Positions 61,280 to 64,000 of a stretch of 64,000 nucleotides of DNA are shown here, piece after piece; position 1 is the stretch's first letter; the number at the start of each line of letters is the position of its first letter. The stretch is from Vicugna vicugna (Eukaryota), in contig MU058540.1 in assembly GCA_013265495.1 (NCBI GenBank), forward strand, positions 1,451,696-1,515,695, read 5' to 3'. Below the pieces are notes generated by a model, which saw only the letters and a program-made list of their open reading frames with translations, was not told the DNA's origin and searched no databases. The position numbers were made by a program, and so were the translations under genes.

Positions 61280-63436
61280 TTTTTTTTAATCAGTTAAATT
61301 ATTTTTATTTTGAAATTGGTTTTCCTTAATAGTACAGCACCTTAACATTTTCTAGCTTCTAATCTATTCTTTCATCTATTTATGTATTTTCTAATCTCTA
61401 ATGTACTTAATATTGATATAAATATCAACATTTATCTAGGGGGTAATCCACTGAAAACAGGTATTTCTTTTTTTTTAACATTTTTATTGATTTATAATCA
61501 TTTTACAGTGTTGTGTCAAATTCCAGTGTACAGCACAATTTTTCAGTTATACGTGAACATATATGTATTCATTGTCACATTTTTTTCTCTGTGAGCTACC
61601 ATAAGATCTTGTGTATATTTCCCTGTGCTATACAGTATAATCTTGTTTATCTATTCTACGCTTTTGAAATCCTGTCTATCCCTTCCCACCCTCCGCCCCC
61701 TTGGCAACCACAAGTTTGTATTCTACGTCTGTGAGAGTCTATTTCTGTTTTGTATTTATGCTTTGTTTTTTTTGTTTTTGTTTTTGTTTTTGTTTTTTAA
61801 ATTCCACATATGAGCGATCTCATATAGTACTTTTCTTTCTCTTTCTGGCTTACTTCACTTAGAATGACATTCTCCAGGAGCATCCATGTTGCTGCAAATG
61901 GTGTTCTGTTGTTGGTTTTTATGGCTGAATAGTATTCCGTTGTATAAATATACCACGTCTTCTTTATCCAGTCATCTGTTAATGGACATTTAGGCTGTTT
62001 CCTGTCTTGGCTATGTAAATAGTGCTGCTATGAACACTGGGGTGCAGATGTCATCCTGAAGTAGGGTTCCTTCTGGATATAAGCCCAGGAGCGGAATTCC
62101 TGGGTCATATGGTAAGTCTATTCCTACTCTTTTGAGAAATCTCCTTACTGTTTTCCATAGTGGCTGCACCAAACTGCATTCCCACCAGCAGTGTAGGAGG
62201 GTTCCCCTTTCTCCACAGCCTCTCCAGCATTTGTCATTTGTGGATTTTTGAATGATGGCCATTCTGACTGGTGTGAGGTGATACCTCATTGTAGTTTTGA
62301 TTTGCATTTCTCTGATAATTAGTGNNNNNNNNNNNNNNNNNNNNNNNNNNNNNNNNNNNNNNNNNNNNNNNNNNNNNNNNNNNNNNNNNNNNNNNNNNNN
62401 NNNNNNNNNNNNNNNNNNNNNNNNNNNNNNNNNNNNNNNNNNNNNNNNNNNNNNNNNNNNNNNNNNNNNNNNNNNNNNNNNNNNNNNNNNNNNNNNNNNN
62501 NNNNNNNNNNNNNNNNNNNNNNNNNNNNNNNNNNNNNNNNNNNNNNNNNNNNNNNNNNNNNNNNNNNNNNNNNNNNNNNNNNNNNNNNNNNNNNNNNNNN
62601 NNNNNNNNNNNNNNNNNNNNNNNNNNNNNNNNNNNNNNNNNNNNNNNNNNNNNNNNNNNNNNNNNNNNNNNNNNNNNNNNNNNNNNNNNNNNNNNNNNNN
62701 NNNNNNNNNNNNNNNNNNNNNNNNNNNNNNNNNNNNNNNNNNNNNNNNNNNNNNNNNNNNNNNNNNNNNNNNNNNNNNNNNNNNNNNNNNNNNNNNNNNN
62801 NNNNNNNNNNNNNNNNNNNNNNNNNNNNNNNNNNNNNNNNNNNNNNNNNNNNNNNNNNNNNNNNNNNNNNNNNNNNNNNNNNNNNNNNNNNNNNNNNNNN
62901 NNTGGTTTATAGTTTTCTGTGTATAATTCTTTCACCTCCTTGGTTAGATTTATTCCTAGGTATTTTATTATTTTGGGTGCTATTTTAAAGGGGATTGTTT
63001 CTTTACTTTCTTTTTCTGTTGAGTCATTGTTAGTGTAAAGAAATGCAACTGATTTTTGAACGTTGATCTTGTAACCTGCTACCTTGCTGAATTCTTCGAT
63101 CAGCTCTAGTAGTTTTTGTGTGGACTTTTTAGGGTTTTCTATATATAGTAACATGTGGTCAGCATATAGTGACACTTTCACCTCTTCTTTTCCAGTTTGG
63201 ATCCCTTTTATTTCTCTCTCTTGTCTGATTGCTGTGGCTAGGACTTCCAAGACTATGTTGAATAGGAGTGGTTATAGTGGGCATCCTTGTCTTGTCCTAG
63301 ATTTTAGTGGGAAGCTTTTGAGTTTTTCACCGTTGAGTACTATGCTGGCTGTAGGTTTGTCATATATAGCTTTTATTATGTTGAGAGATGTCCCCTGTAT
63401 GCCCACTTTGGTGAGAGTTTTTATCATAAATGGGTG
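61280..63436 (-). mobile_element. Young 5'-truncated L1 (RT to C-terminus plus 3' UTR) with 180-bp 3' transduction, perfect 15-bp TSD
   Basis: ORF2 peptides HPFMIKTL...[23 protein letters not shown]...[10 protein letters not shown]...ENYK and [17 protein letters not shown]...HCWWEC; TSD cattttcatcttttc at 61265-61279 and 63437-63451. Confidence 0.92.
62325..62902. other. Assembly gap (578 N) inside L1 ORF2
   Basis: Run of N. Confidence 0.99.
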
Positions 63437-64000
63437 CATTTTCATCTTTTCATTAAAGGTTATTACAAGGTATTGAACATCATTCCCTGTGCTATACAAA
63501 AAAAACCTTTTTTAAAAATGTATTTTTTATATATAGTGGCTAACATTTGTAAATCTCAAACTCCCAAATTTATCTATTTCCACTGCCTTTCCCTGGTAAC
63601 CATAAGATTGTTTACTATGTCTGCGAGTCTGTTTCTGTTTTGTAGATGAGTTAGTTAGTGTTCTCTTCTCCTCCTCCTCCTCCATTCCACATATAAGTGG
63701 TATCATATAGTATTTTTTTCTCTTTCTGCCTAACTTCACTAAGAATGACAATCTCCATGCCCATCCCTATCACTGCAAATGGCATTATTTTGTTCTTTTT
63801 TATGGCTGAGTAGTATTCCAATGTATAAATATAAGACAACTTCATTTAGTCATCTGTTGATGGACATTTAGGTTGCTTCCATGTCTTGACTATTGTATAT
63901 AGTGCTGCTGTGAACATTGGGGTGCTTGTATCTTTTCAAATTAGAATTCCCTTTGGATATATACCCAGAAGTGGGATTGCTGGTAAGTCTGTTTTTAGTT

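Larger units (their letters stand above)
61165..64000 (-). mobile_element. Older L1 3' end split by the young L1 (pieces ~61165-61279 and 63437-64000), itself next to a truncated MIR (~61030-61112)
   Basis: L1 3' UTR reads continuously when 61280-63451 is removed (...atagattcattttcatcttttc|attaaaggttattacaagg...). Confidence 0.85.

Noticed and set aside
62234..62926. ORFs of 196-338 aa running through the N gap
   Set aside because: Lengths are artefacts of translating Ns; only the flanking L1 ORF2 peptides are real

Overview
Mammalian genomic DNA, most likely camelid: two tRNA-Ala-derived SINEs resemble the camelid Vic-1 family, and the young L1s are cetartiodactyl-type. The window holds the conserved BLTP3A(UHRF1BP1)-TAF11-ANKS1A locus. 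BLTP3A (+): the last 17 coding exons (2879-23534) splice in frame through GT-AG sites to ~1330 aa, followed by a ~4.6 kb 3' UTR. TAF11 (-): complete 5-exon gene, 636-nt CDS, 211 aa, lying tail-to-tail with BLTP3A. ANKS1A (+): exon 1 (ATG 36461, GGC/poly-Gly tract), head-to-head with TAF11 across a CpG-island promoter, then >27 kb of intron 1 with L1/MIR/L2/DNA-transposon remnants and a 578-N gap. Best leads: (1) three tandem, heavily decayed modules resembling the Gypsy/GIN1 integrase N-terminal zinc-binding domain, antisense inside the BLTP3A 3' UTR (26.2-27.4 kb; read by eye, possibly the fossil of a lost domesticated gene); (2) two L1 insertions with apparent 3' transductions, one with a perfect 15-bp TSD; (3) a ~1.2 kb CR1/L3 reverse-transcriptase fossil in the same UTR; (4) a perfect 65-bp tandem duplication. 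Repeat family names and boundaries come from remembered consensus motifs and are approximate. Exon numbers follow the human orthologue as recalled.
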